The position numbers and the translations under genes were made by a program. Below the pieces are notes generated by a model, which worked only from the letters and a program-made list of their open reading frames with translations, ran no database searches and had not been told where the DNA came from. Positions 11,601 to 21,802 of a stretch of 64,000 bases of DNA are shown in pieces; the first letter of the stretch is position 1, and every line of letters starts with the position of its first letter. Origin of the DNA: an uncultured delta proteobacterium (GTDB taxonomy: Bacteria; Desulfobacterota; Desulfuromonadia; Desulfuromonadales; BM103); the NCBI GenBank assembly GCA_963715335.1, contig CAVQRZ010000005.1, forward strand, positions 128,001-192,000. Reading direction: 5' to 3'.

Positions 11601-12346
11601 TGCGTTTCCCCGTCACGGTCACGGCGCCACTCCTGGGCCTGGGCGTATTGTTCGCACAGGTAATTCATCTGCTCTGCCATAGCTTCTTCAGCGATGCTGG
11701 CATTCTGAACTCTGATCGCTTCGTAGATGCGTTCATGCTGGGCGAGAATTTTTTCACGTTCCCTGAATCGGAAGATGACCAGGTTGGTTGCCGGTTGCAA
11801 CGCCTCAATGACGGCAAACATGACAAATTGCAGAACCGGGTTTCGGGTTGCATCCACCAGTGCCCGGTGGAAACGAACATCTGATGCGCAGAAGTCTACA
11901 TCCGTTGTAGCGGGATTTTTTTGCCGTTTAAGCTCTTCAGCCATGGCCAACAGGTGCTCATCCTGCCGACGTTCTGCGGCAAGACGGCAGCAGGTCAATT
12001 CCAGTTCTCGGCGCGCTTCAGCGATTTCAGAGAGGCTGAATTCACCCATACTGACCAAAAGCATGGCGGCGCCCGTCAGCGAGGAGCTAAGGTCTTCCTG
12101 ACTGGGGCGGTTGATGAATGTTCCACCGGTCGGACCGCGGCGGCTGCGAATCAGGTTCTGAGCGGCAAGCCGCTTTAATGCCTCGCGAATAGTCGGACGA
12201 GACACGTTGAACTTTTCTGCTAGAACTTCCTCAGTCGGAAGTTGGTCATCAACCTTGAGACTTCCATCCAGAATTGAACTGCGGATGTTTTCCGCGATTT
12301 GCTTGGCAAGGCTTTCTGCAACAAGCGGCTGAAAATTAATCGCCAT
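11597..12346 (-). CDS. GntR/FadR-family regulator, DmdR-like
   Basis: wHTH LPTEEVLAEKFNVSRPTIREALKRL, FCD domain FCASDVRFHRALVDA; ATGA overlap with acuI; start re-set to ATG 12346. Confidence 0.88.
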   Translation of the reverse strand: MAINFQPLVAESLAKQIAENIRSSILDGSLKVDDQLPTEEVLAEKFNVSRPTIREALKRLAAQNLIRSRRGPTGGTFINRPSQEDLSSSLTGAAMLLVSMGEFSLSEIAEARRELELTCCRLAAERRQDEHLLAMAEELKRQKNPATTDVDFCASDVRFHRALVDATRNPVLQFVMFAVIEALQPATNLVIFRFREREKILAQHERIYEAIRVQNASIAEEAMAEQMNYLCEQYAQAQEWRRDRDGETQ

Positions 12347-12438
12347 TTTTCCAGAGCTCTCCCTTTTCACTCGGGACACGAGTGATAATATTGTTATTCT
12401 CAGCGTCCAAGATATCTCATTTACAAGATCATGGGAAG

Positions 12439-12482
12439 CATTTATATATTTGTTTGACAAATATATAAATGGTGGATAGGGT
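12439..12482. promoter_or_regulatory. FadR-type operator overlapping a sigma70 promoter
   Basis: Perfect IR CATTTATATATTTGT-TTG-ACAAATATATAAATG containing TTGACA (12454), with N17-TAGGGT downstream. Confidence 0.75.
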
Positions 12483-12571
12483 AGCAAAATCGTACCGACA
12501 CTTTGGAGAACCGCTCTTCTCGAAAACATATTTACAGGACGCACCCCAACCAAAAGGAAAGGATCTAAAGA

Positions 12572-13636
12572 ATGAAAGCACTTGTCTACAAAGAGTACGC
12601 CCCAGATGATAATTTTGCAGACATCCTGACAGTAGAGGAGGTCCCGAATCCAAAGCCAAAAGCGAATGAAGTGCTGATTCAGGTTAAGGCCTCTGCATTG
12701 AATTATAACGACGTATGGGGCATGCGCGGCAACCCGATTCCGGTCGAACTCCCCCACACCTCTGGGTCCGACGCCGCCGGGGATGTCCTCGCTGTCGGCA
12801 GCGACGTGACCAGCATCAAGGTCGGCGACCGGGTTGCAGTTCACGCCAACATGTCCTGCCGGGTTTGCGAAGCCTGCACCAGCGGTCGTGAATACGACTG
12901 TTCCAAACGCATGGTCTGGGGTTTCCAGACGACCCCCGGCAGCCATGCTGAGCAGGTTTGTCTACCCGAGGTTAACGTGGTAAAGATCCCCGATACGGTC
13001 AGCTACGAGCAAGCGGCGGCGGCGGCCATGAACCTGCTCACCGCATGGCATATGCTGGTCGGACGTGCTCAGATCAAACCGGGCCAACTCGTGCTGATCA
13101 TGGGCGGGCGCTCCGGTGTCGGCCACCTCGGGATCCAGATTGCCAAACTCTACAACTGTACTGTTATTGCCACCGCCAGTCCGGAGAATGCCAATCTGTG
13201 CAAAGAGCTCGGCGCAGATTACGTGGTCAATCACCGCGATGAAGGCTGGGTTAAGGAGGTTCGTGGCATTTGCAAAGAGATCGCCAAGCAGACTGGTGGC
13301 GCTCCTGGGGTCGATGTCTCTTTCGACCATGTTGGCGAGACCCATTTTAATGCCCAACTTACCTTGCTGAAATTCGGCGGCACCTTGGTCAGCTGTGGGG
13401 CGACCACAGGTTTTGACGCCAAAATCGACTTGCGCCACGTATTTTTCAAGGGCACCAACATCCTTGGTTCCACCCAGGGCACCAAGGCTGAACTTGAGCA
13501 GGGTTTTTACTGGATGGGACAAGGCAAGATCAAGTCCGCTATCGGCGCCGAGTATACATTCGATCAGGCGGCAAAAGCCTATGACCAATTTCTCTCCGGC
13601 AAAGGGCTTTTCGGCAAGATCATCATCAAGCCATAA
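12572..13636 (+). CDS. Zn-binding medium-chain reductase (enoyl-CoA/quinone reductase-like)
   Basis: Structural Zn motif CRVCEAC-x7-C; catalytic Zn ligands replaced (LNYND, GSD); Rossmann MGGRSGVG. Confidence 0.85.
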   Translation: MKALVYKEYAPDDNFADILTVEEVPNPKPKANEVLIQVKASALNYNDVWGMRGNPIPVELPHTSGSDAAGDVLAVGSDVTSIKVGDRVAVHANMSCRVCEACTSGREYDCSKRMVWGFQTTPGSHAEQVCLPEVNVVKIPDTVSYEQAAAAAMNLLTAWHMLVGRAQIKPGQLVLIMGGRSGVGHLGIQIAKLYNCTVIATASPENANLCKELGADYVVNHRDEGWVKEVRGICKEIAKQTGGAPGVDVSFDHVGETHFNAQLTLLKFGGTLVSCGATTGFDAKIDLRHVFFKGTNILGSTQGTKAELEQGFYWMGQGKIKSAIGAEYTFDQAAKAYDQFLSGKGLFGKIIIKP

Positions 13637-13720
13637 CAATTCAGGAGGCACTTTTTCCAAATGCCCGAAAAATAAACGCCCTCATCAACTGGCATTCCTG
13701 TAAAAAATATGTCACTCTCC

Positions 13721-13752
13721 AGCCCCGCTCCATGAGCGGGGCTTTTATTTTT
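13721..13752 (+). terminator. Rho-independent terminator
   Basis: AGCCCCGCTC-CAT-GAGCGGGGCT followed by TTTATTTTT. Confidence 0.85.
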
Positions 13753-13825
13753 AACCTCAACTATCAATCAGAGCGCAGTACGCTACAATTAATCTTCATA
13801 ATGACGCCACGAATTGGAGCCCTCA

Positions 13826-16783
13826 ATGGATAACAAACTCCCCCTGCCCGGCGACCGGCTCGGCAGTTTTTTGATAAAGCAGAATCTGCTGGTCCCGGAG
13901 CTGAACCTGACAGCGGTCACACTGCTGCATGAGCCGACCGGAGCACGGCTCCTGCACCTGGCCTGTGACGACCCGAACAACGTCTTTGCCGTCGGCTTTC
14001 GCACCCCGCCGCCGGATTCGACCGGCGTCGCCCATATCCTCGAGCACACAGTCCTCTGCGGATCGCAGAAGTATCCGGTGCGCGACCCGTTTTTCGCCAT
14101 GCTCAAACGCAGCCTCAACACCTTCATGAATGCCCTGACGGCAGCCGACTGGACCCTTTATCCGGTCGCGAGCATGAACCGCAAGGACTTCTACAACCTG
14201 ATGGGGATCTACCTCGACGCCACCTTTTTCCCCCTGCTGCGTGAACAGGATTTTCTCCAGGAAGGCCATCGGCTTGACTTTGCCAACCCGGAGGATCCCG
14301 CCAGCCTGATGATCAAGGGCGTGGTGTTCAACGAAATGAAAGGGGCCATGGCCGACCCGTCATCACTGCTCGGCCGGCGCCTCAACGCGGCCCTCTTCCC
14401 GACCACCTGCTACGGCGAAAATTCAGGCGGCGAACCGCTGGTGATTCCGGACCTGACCTGGGAGCAGCTGCGAGCGTTCCACAAGAGCTATTACCACCCG
14501 AGCAACAGCTGGATTTTCACTTACGGAAACCTGCCGCTCGAAGACCATTTGCAACAGATCGACGATTTGGCCCTGGGCCGCTTCGAAAGACAGCCGGTCA
14601 GCAGCGAGATCCCCCGTGAGGCTCGTTTTACCGAACCGATCAGCAGGACGCAGACCTTCCCGGTCGACGCAAAAGACGACATGCGGCAGCGCAGCATGGT
14701 CCATCTGGCCTGGCTGACCTGCCCGATCGAGGACACTTTCGAGCGTGCCGCGACCGGCATCCTGGCTAACCTGCTGCTCGGCAATCCGGCCGCGCCCCTT
14801 TACCAGGCCCTGATCGAATCGGGCCTGGGCCGCAACCTTTCGCCGGGGACCGGATATCACGACGACTATCGCGACACTTTTATCGCTGCTGGCCTGCAAG
14901 GAACGGATCCGGAGAGATTACCGGAGATTGAGAAGGTGATTTTCGACACCCTGGCACGGGTTGCCGAGCAGGGACTTCCGCAGGAGCGTATCGATGCCGC
15001 CCTGCATCAGTACGAGTTTGCCAACCGCGAGGTAACCGGTGACCAGTACCCTTACGGACTCGGACTGATGATGCGCCTGTTCGGCCCATGGCTGCACGCC
15101 GACGATCCGATCAGCACACTGATGATCGGCGACAACCTGAAGCGCCTGAGAAGCGCTACGACTGACCCGCAGTTCTTCCCGCAGATGATCCGCCGCCACC
15201 TGCTCGACAACCCGCACCGGGTCACCCTGCTGTTGCACCCCGATCCCAAACACGCGCAACGTGAAGAGCAGGCGTTTGCCGAACGACTCGAGGGGATTCG
15301 CGAGCATCTCGACGAAGCTGCGATCGCCGTGATCAAAACGAAAGCAGCCGATCTGCAAAAGAGCCAGGAAGCCCAGGACGACATGAGCTGCCTGCCGATC
15401 CTCGAACTGTCGGACATCGAAAGCGCTGAGCCGATAACGCCATTTAACACGGAGGCGATCTCCAGCTGCAAAACGTTCTGGTTCAACCAGCCGACCAACG
15501 GCATCACCTACCTGAACCTGCAGTTCAACGCCAGCGGCCTGGATGACAGCTTGCGGCCTTACCTGCCAATGTTTGGCGCACTGCTGCCGCAAATCGGTGC
15601 GGCGGGGCACGACTACCTCGCCATGTCGCGACGGATCACTGCGGCAACCGGTGGCATCCGTCTCGGCACCAACATGCTGGAAAGTCCGGTCGACCTCGAC
15701 ATCATGCAGCCGGTACTGGAACTCAAAGGCAAAGCCTTGAGCTGCAACCAGGAGAAACTGTGCGGAATCATCGCCGACATGCTGTGCGCACCTGATTTTA
15801 CCGATCTCGACAGGCTGCGCACGGTCATCGGCCAGGTCAGGACGTCGATGGAGAACTCGATCCCCGGAGCTGGCCACTCCTTTGCTGCACGCGCGGCCGC
15901 AGCATCGTTGACGCCCGCTGCTGCGCAGCGTGAGGAATGGAGCGGCATGAGCCAGACCCAGATCATCCGGGCCGCCAGCGATCTGGACGAAAAAGGCCTC
16001 TCGTCCCTGGCCGACAGTTTCGCTGCAATCGCCGCAGAGCTCTTCACACCGGTACGCGCCACCATTGCTGTGACCGCCGAGGAATCGGCCCACCAGACGA
16101 TGCGGGCCCCATTGACGGGCCTGCTGGCCGCACTTCCGGGGAAGCTGTCGACGGGCGATGGCCAGCTCGCTCCGTTTACAAGCGAGGCGACATCCATAGC
16201 GTGGCAATACAACCTGCCGGTCGCTTACGTCTCACAGGTATTCCGGACTGTCTCCTACACGCACCCTGACGCCCCTGTGCTGATGGTCCTCGCCAAGTTG
16301 TTGCGCGCGGAGTTCCTGCATCGGGAGATTCGTGAAAAAGGCGGCGCCTACGGCGGCATGGCCGGGTACAACGCCGATGGCGGTCTTTTCTCGATGCTTT
16401 CCTATCGCGATCCACACCTGGAAAGGACCCTGGATGTCTACCGCCTGGCCGTCGAATGGGCCGGCAGGGGAGATTTCGGTGACGAAACGATCAAGCAGTC
16501 GATTCTGACTGCGTTTGCCGAGCTTGACCGCCCCCTCTCACCCGGCGGCAGGGGATATCGCGAGTTCATCCATCAGCAACAGGGGATGACTCATGACATG
16601 ATTCAGGCCTTCCGCAACGGCATCATCGCAGTAGACCGGAAGTCTCTGGTCAGGGTGGCGAGGACTTATCTCGAACAACTTTTTGCTGCCAGTTCAGTCG
16701 GCATCCTGGCCGGTGAAGAAATGTTCAGCAAGGCGGAGCAGACCCTGTTGCAGATGAACACCCGGATCAAGCGGTTCGAGTGA
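13826..16783 (+). CDS. M16C presequence-protease-like insulinase
   Basis: HILEH inverted Zn motif, KYPVRDPFF, FMNALT, IREKGGAYG; no signal peptide. Confidence 0.93.
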   Translation: MDNKLPLPGDRLGSFLIKQNLLVPELNLTAVTLLHEPTGARLLHLACDDPNNVFAVGFRTPPPDSTGVAHILEHTVLCGSQKYPVRDPFFAMLKRSLNTFMNALTAADWTLYPVASMNRKDFYNLMGIYLDATFFPLLREQDFLQEGHRLDFANPEDPASLMIKGVVFNEMKGAMADPSSLLGRRLNAALFPTTCYGENSGGEPLVIPDLTWEQLRAFHKSYYHPSNSWIFTYGNLPLEDHLQQIDDLALGRFERQPVSSEIPREARFTEPISRTQTFPVDAKDDMRQRSMVHLAWLTCPIEDTFERAATGILANLLLGNPAAPLYQALIESGLGRNLSPGTGYHDDYRDTFIAAGLQGTDPERLPEIEKVIFDTLARVAEQGLPQERIDAALHQYEFANREVTGDQYPYGLGLMMRLFGPWLHADDPISTLMIGDNLKRLRSATTDPQFFPQMIRRHLLDNPHRVTLLLHPDPKHAQREEQAFAERLEGIREHLDEAAIAVIKTKAADLQKSQEAQDDMSCLPILELSDIESAEPITPFNTEAISSCKTFWFNQPTNGITYLNLQFNASGLDDSLRPYLPMFGALLPQIGAAGHDYLAMSRRITAATGGIRLGTNMLESPVDLDIMQPVLELKGKALSCNQEKLCGIIADMLCAPDFTDLDRLRTVIGQVRTSMENSIPGAGHSFAARAAAASLTPAAAQREEWSGMSQTQIIRAASDLDEKGLSSLADSFAAIAAELFTPVRATIAVTAEESAHQTMRAPLTGLLAALPGKLSTGDGQLAPFTSEATSIAWQYNLPVAYVSQVFRTVSYTHPDAPVLMVLAKLLRAEFLHREIREKGGAYGGMAGYNADGGLFSMLSYRDPHLERTLDVYRLAVEWAGRGDFGDETIKQSILTAFAELDRPLSPGGRGYREFIHQQQGMTHDMIQAFRNGIIAVDRKSLVRVARTYLEQLFAASSVGILAGEEMFSKAEQTLLQMNTRIKRFE

Positions 16784-16809
16784 GCAACCCTGCCGGCCGG
16801 AGAAACCGC

Positions 16810-16860
16810 TCAGGCGCAAAAGGGTAACCGAAAACCCCCTTTTGCGCCTGACTTTGCTTT
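16810..16860 (+). terminator. Rho-independent terminator
   Basis: TCAGGCGCAAAAGGG...CCCTTTTGCGCCTGA followed by CTTTGCTTT. Confidence 0.65.
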
Positions 16861-16930
16861 GCGCCTTTGCGTTAATGATGCCGATTCGCTATAGTCTCAA
16901 ACGTAACCAGACACCTGAATAACCGAGAGC

Positions 16931-17977
16931 ATGCCGATGACGACAAAAAACCAGTTTGCGAGCGATAATTACGCCGGCATCTGCCCGGAGGCCTGGCAGG
17001 CATTAAAGGATGCCGACAGCGGTTATGCAACCAGCTATGGCAACGACCCCTGGACAGCCAAAGCGTGCGACGCGCTACGCGATTTTTTCGATACCGACTG
17101 TGAAGTTTTTTTCGTCTTCAACGGGACGGCCGCCAACTCCCTGGCCCTGGCGTCACTCTGCCAGTCGTACCACAGCGTTATCTGCCACGATATGGCCCAT
17201 GTCGAAACCGATGAGTGTGGTGCCAGCGAATTCTTCTCCAATGGCACCAAGCTGCTGACTGTTGGCGGCGGGAACGGCAAGGTCGACCTGGTCGAGGTCG
17301 AACATACGGTCAAGAAACGCAGCGACATCCACTATCCGAAGCCGAAGGTCCTGTCTTTGACCCAAGCCACGGAGCTCGGGACCCTGTACACGCCGGATGA
17401 GCTGGTTGCGATCCACGGCCTGGCCAAGCGCCTTGGCCTCAGGTTGCACATGGACGGTGCGCGCTTTGCCAACGCCGTCGCTGCGCTGCAGATCCACCCG
17501 AAGGAACTGACCTGGCGGGCCGGGGTTGACGTACTGACTTTCGGCGGCACCAAGTGCGGCATGCCGATGGGTGAAGCCGTGGTCTTTTTTGACCGGAAAC
17601 TCGCTAACGAATTCGATTACCGCTGCAAACAGGCTGGCCAGCTGGCGTCGAAAATGCGTTATCTCTCCGCCCCCTGGTTCGGCCTGCTCAAGGACGACGC
17701 GATTCTCAGGCATGCCGGGCACGCCAACGCCTGCGCCCGCAAATTGTCCGACGCCCTTGCCGAGATACCCGGCGTCAGCCTCGTCCACCCCACCGAAGCC
17801 AACGCCGTTTTCGTCGAGCTCCCGGAGAGGGTTGTCACCACCCTGCACAACCGGGGCTGGGTCTTTTATACCTTCATCGGCTCCGGGCACTGCCGCTTCA
17901 TGTGCTCGTGGGCTACCACCGAAGGGGATATTACTGCCCTGTCGAACGACATCCGGGAGGTCATGAAGACTCCGTAG
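16931..17977 (+). CDS. ltaE: Low-specificity L-threonine aldolase
   Basis: FASDNYAG, FNGTAAN, HMDGARFAN, FGGTK (PLP Lys). Confidence 0.92.
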   Translation: MPMTTKNQFASDNYAGICPEAWQALKDADSGYATSYGNDPWTAKACDALRDFFDTDCEVFFVFNGTAANSLALASLCQSYHSVICHDMAHVETDECGASEFFSNGTKLLTVGGGNGKVDLVEVEHTVKKRSDIHYPKPKVLSLTQATELGTLYTPDELVAIHGLAKRLGLRLHMDGARFANAVAALQIHPKELTWRAGVDVLTFGGTKCGMPMGEAVVFFDRKLANEFDYRCKQAGQLASKMRYLSAPWFGLLKDDAILRHAGHANACARKLSDALAEIPGVSLVHPTEANAVFVELPERVVTTLHNRGWVFYTFIGSGHCRFMCSWATTEGDITALSNDIREVMKTP

Positions 17978-18010
17978 CGATCGTCGCGGGGGATTCATTG
18001 CGAACCTTTC

Positions 18011-19003
18011 ATGTCAAAAACTCCGAGCCAACACCCTTTCGAAGCCCTGACTCCCAGTTTCATCATGGATGCCGTCGAGAGCTGTGATGTCCTGTGTGAT
18101 TGCAGGAACTTCGCTCTGAACAGCTACGAGAACCGCGTCTACCAGGTCGGCATAGAGGACGGTGATCCGTTGATCGCCAAATTTTATCGTCCCGCACGCT
18201 GGAGCGATGAACAGATCCTCGAGGAGCACCGGTTCTGCTTCGAACTCGCGGAACACGAACTGCCGGTCGTCGCTCCGATTATCAACGAACAGGGAGCAAG
18301 CCTCTTCCATTACCAGGGCTTCCGGTTTGCCCTGTACCCGCGCCAGGGCGGCCACGCCCCGGAATTTGACAATTTCGACAACCTTCTGATCATGGGGCGG
18401 ACTCTGGGACGCATCCACGCGATCGCCGCGACCCGTCCTTTTGAACATCGCCCCCGGCTCGACTGCACAACCTTCGGCCATGAGTCCGTCGCTCTGATCA
18501 GCGACCGGTTCATCATTGCCGAGTACAAGGCAAACTACGATGCACTGACCCGCGACCTGCTGCAGACGCTCGACGACCTGCTCGCCGGGTTCGACGATTC
18601 CGCTTACATTCGCACCCACGGCGACTGCCATGCCGGAAACGTCTTGTGGCGCGGAGACGCACCGCATTTTGTTGATTTCGATGATGCCCGAAGCGCTCCG
18701 GCGATTCAGGATCTCTGGATGATGCTTTCGGGGGATCGTGCTCATCAGACGGCGCAGCTGGCGGAGATTGTCGAGGGGTATAACGAGTTCTACGATTTCC
18801 GACCGGGAGAATTACGGCTCGTGGAAGCTTTGCGAACCCTGAGGATTTTGCACTACTGCGCCTGGCTGGCAAGGCGCTGGGACGACCCGGCGTTCCCGCA
18901 CCACTTCCCCTGGTTCAATACGACCAACTACTGGGGTGAGCACATCCTGCAGCTGCGCGAACAGATGGCAGCTTTGAACGAGCCGCCTTTGGCAACCAGT
19001 TAA
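18011..19003 (+). CDS. srkA: Stress-response Ser/Thr kinase SrkA/RdoA
   Basis: ALNSYENRVYQ, KFYRPARWS, HGDCHAGNVLW, VDFDD, RRWDDPAFP. Confidence 0.92.
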   Translation: MSKTPSQHPFEALTPSFIMDAVESCDVLCDCRNFALNSYENRVYQVGIEDGDPLIAKFYRPARWSDEQILEEHRFCFELAEHELPVVAPIINEQGASLFHYQGFRFALYPRQGGHAPEFDNFDNLLIMGRTLGRIHAIAATRPFEHRPRLDCTTFGHESVALISDRFIIAEYKANYDALTRDLLQTLDDLLAGFDDSAYIRTHGDCHAGNVLWRGDAPHFVDFDDARSAPAIQDLWMMLSGDRAHQTAQLAEIVEGYNEFYDFRPGELRLVEALRTLRILHYCAWLARRWDDPAFPHHFPWFNTTNYWGEHILQLREQMAALNEPPLATS

Positions 19004-19125
19004 CCGGCACCGCGCCACCTCGATCGCAGCCGGGTCAAAGTAAAATTGATGATAAAAACCCTGCATTTCCGGATTCACTCTTTGGCCGGCAGTGATCCAA
19101 GTCTTCCATGCCTCACGCATCCCGA

Positions 19126-20262
19126 CTACGCCTGCCGGACAATTTCTACCAGAAGTTCCGTAACCTCGACCATATCGGCAACAGCCACGTATTCATCGTG
19201 GGTATGGACCTTTTTCATGCCGGTGGACAGAATGATCATTTCGACACCGTGACCATTGAAAATATTGGCATCACTGCCGCCGCCACCCAGGCGGACCTTA
19301 AGCTCCTTGCCCAACCCTGCGGCCGCAGACCTGGCCAGCTTGACCGTTTCGGCATCTTCAGACACCGACATGCTCGGAAAATCCGACCGGATATCGGCGC
19401 GGATCTTCGGCACGACCTGTTTGCCGTCGATCGTCCGGGCCATCTCTGCCGCTGCAGCCTCGAAACAGGCCAGCATGTGCGCCGTCTGCTCCTGCAACTT
19501 GCCTGCATCGTGACTGCGCGCCTCACCGACGATCGAGACCTTCTGCGGCACGATATTCCGGGCGACGCCGCCCTCGATGCGGCCAATATTGGCCGTTGTC
19601 TCTTCATCGATACGACCCAGGCGCATCCGGCTGATCGCCAGAGCCGCGGTATGGATTGCCGAGAGGCCCCGCTCCGGCGCTATGCCGGCATGGGAGGCCA
19701 CCCCTTCGACGTCGATCTGCAGCTGGTTGGCTCCCGGCGCCCGCAGAACCATCCAGCCGGTGCCTTCCGTATCCAGAGCGTAACCGCGTTTTGACTCCAG
19801 CAGGGCGTAATCCAGGTTTTTCGCTCCGATCAGGCCGATCTCTTCGGCGATCGTAACCACCACTTCAATTGGTCCGTGCGGAACCTTCTGTTCGCGGATA
19901 ACCTCCAGGGCCTCGATCAGTTCCGCGATCCCGGCCTTGTCATCGGCACCGAGCACCGTGTCGCCGGCGCTGAAGAAAATGCCATCCCGCAGGACGGGCT
20001 TTACCTGGCCTCCCGGTTCGACCGTATCCATGTGTACGGAGAAGAGGAGCGACTCGGCGTGTTTGCCCCGTCCTGGAAACCTGGCGACCAGGTTTCCGAC
20101 CTCGCCACCGGTCGCTTCAGCGGCATTGTCAAAAAGTACTTCGGCGCCAAGTTTCTCAAGACGTTTGGCGAGGTAGCAGGCAATCTCACTTTCATGCAAA
20201 GGGGGGCTGTTGATTGCCGCCAGGCGGGCAAATTCGTCACTCAGGCGCTGCCGGTTGACCAT
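19126..20262 (-). CDS. M20 peptidase T-like metallopeptidase
   Basis: HMDTV, LGADDKAG, EEIGL, GGGSDAN, HTHDE. Confidence 0.9.
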   Translation of the reverse strand: MVNRQRLSDEFARLAAINSPPLHESEIACYLAKRLEKLGAEVLFDNAAEATGGEVGNLVARFPGRGKHAESLLFSVHMDTVEPGGQVKPVLRDGIFFSAGDTVLGADDKAGIAELIEALEVIREQKVPHGPIEVVVTIAEEIGLIGAKNLDYALLESKRGYALDTEGTGWMVLRAPGANQLQIDVEGVASHAGIAPERGLSAIHTAALAISRMRLGRIDEETTANIGRIEGGVARNIVPQKVSIVGEARSHDAGKLQEQTAHMLACFEAAAAEMARTIDGKQVVPKIRADIRSDFPSMSVSEDAETVKLARSAAAGLGKELKVRLGGGGSDANIFNGHGVEMIILSTGMKKVHTHDEYVAVADMVEVTELLVEIVRQA

Positions 20263-20467
20263 GCAAGTCTCCTTTGTTGTAATGACTCACTTTAGTACCT
20301 TATCCTGCCCCTTTGTGACAAGCAAAACCGGTTGATTCGATCCCCAAACCAGAATAAATTCGACAACAGCTTCTACAGATTTCTAGACAAATCCATCGCA
20401 GGGCTGATATCATCAATAAATTTTGTTTTCCGGTAAGTTGACTCTTTTTCTCGCGGGAAAAAAGCTC

Positions 20468-21784
20468 TTGAATTCAGATTTCCATCCGCCAAAATCATCG
20501 CCTGTAACCCGTCGCCGCTCAGCCCCGCGCCTGCGGCTCTGGCTGACCCTGGCCCTGGTTGCTCTGCTTGTCATTCCGCTGTTCTTGCGTCCGACGGTGA
20601 CCAGCACCGAAGCCAACATGTCGGAGCCGGCCATACCAGCACCGCCACCGGTTCCGGAAATCCGCAAGGAGACCATCAAGGGGACCGTTGCCCAGGGCGA
20701 TACGGCGACCGCAATATTGGGTGACTATTTCTCGGCGGGCGAGATCCATGAACTGAGCAGGCAGTGCAAACCGGTCTTCCCCCTCTCCCGCCTCAGCGCC
20801 GGACAAGCATACCGGCTCTGCCTGAGCAATGATGACTTCGAACGCTTCGAGTACGACATCGACCACGATGAGCAACTGATTATTTCCCGCGAGGCGGAGG
20901 AATTCTCCGTTCAGAAGGTACCGATCCCCTACACGACCGAAACTGTTCGCGTCCGGGGCAAGATAGAAACCAGCCTGTTCGAAGCGGTCACCGACTCGGG
21001 AGAAAGTGATGTCCTGGCTATGAACCTGGCTGATATTTTCGCCTGGGACATCGACTTCATTCTTGATATCCGCCAAGGCGATTCATTCCAGGCGTTGGTG
21101 GAAAAGCGTTACCGAGACGGACAACCGGCCGGTTACGGTCGCATCCTGGCGGCAGAATTCACCAACCAGGGGAAAACCTTCCAGGCCCTTCTCTACCAGG
21201 ACGGTGACCGCCGCCCCGATTACTTCGACGCCGAAGGGCAGAGCCTGCGCAAGGCCTTCCTCAAGGCGCCACTCTCTTTCTCCCGCATCTCGTCCGGATT
21301 CAGCATGCGCCGTTTCCACCCGATCACCAAAACCTGGAAATCCCACCCGGCGATCGACTACGCAGCAACTCCGGGGACACCGATCAAAAGTGTCGGGGAT
21401 GGCGTCATCATCAAAAAGGGCTACAACAAGGGGAATGGCAACTATGTGAAGATCCGGCACAATAGTAGCTACGAAACCCTGTATCTGCACATGAAAGGCT
21501 TCGCCAAGGGGATCGCCCAGGGTAAACGCGTGGCACAGGGACAGACGATCGGCTACGTCGGCAGCACCGGCCTGGCCACCGGGCCGCATCTCTGTTTCCG
21601 GATGTACAAAAATGGTGCCCCGGTCAACCCGCAACAGGTCAAGGCTCCATCGGCTAAACCGGTCTCTGCAGAGAACCTGGCTGATTTCAAACTCGAGGCT
21701 GCAACCCTTACCGCCTCGCTGGCCGATCATCAACCGGTCAAAACGGCGCAGCAGCACTCGGCAGGCACATCGGTTATCCAGTAG
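20468..21784 (+). CDS. M23 peptidoglycan DD-endopeptidase (MepM/Csd3-like)
   Basis: N-terminal TM; HPAID, YLH, STGLATGPHL M23 motifs; start uncertain (20423-20468). Confidence 0.9.
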   Translation: MNSDFHPPKSSPVTRRRSAPRLRLWLTLALVALLVIPLFLRPTVTSTEANMSEPAIPAPPPVPEIRKETIKGTVAQGDTATAILGDYFSAGEIHELSRQCKPVFPLSRLSAGQAYRLCLSNDDFERFEYDIDHDEQLIISREAEEFSVQKVPIPYTTETVRVRGKIETSLFEAVTDSGESDVLAMNLADIFAWDIDFILDIRQGDSFQALVEKRYRDGQPAGYGRILAAEFTNQGKTFQALLYQDGDRRPDYFDAEGQSLRKAFLKAPLSFSRISSGFSMRRFHPITKTWKSHPAIDYAATPGTPIKSVGDGVIIKKGYNKGNGNYVKIRHNSSYETLYLHMKGFAKGIAQGKRVAQGQTIGYVGSTGLATGPHLCFRMYKNGAPVNPQQVKAPSAKPVSAENLADFKLEAATLTASLADHQPVKTAQQHSAGTSVIQ

Positions 21785-21802
21785 CATCCAAGGGGGCATT
21801 TG

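Noticed and set aside
11597..12946. 449-aa regulator with a long N-terminal extension (likewise the extended tig, nifK and 25429 radical SAM ORFs)
   Set aside because: Extensions overlap other genes, tRNA or repeats; internal starts give normal lengths
2627..13790. tRNA-anchored genomic island
   Set aside because: Lies at the tRNA 5' side; no integrase or duplicated tRNA 3' end seen
13826..16783. M16 protease as the FusC/PqqL partner of the YddB-like receptor
   Set aside because: It is a cytoplasmic M16C type with no signal peptide, 7.6 kb away behind unrelated genes
16795..16875. Glycine riboswitch upstream of ltaE (GGAGA, CTCAGG, AAAAGG in order)
   Set aside because: Lacks the CCGAAG/P3 core and is too short; a simple terminator hairpin explains it
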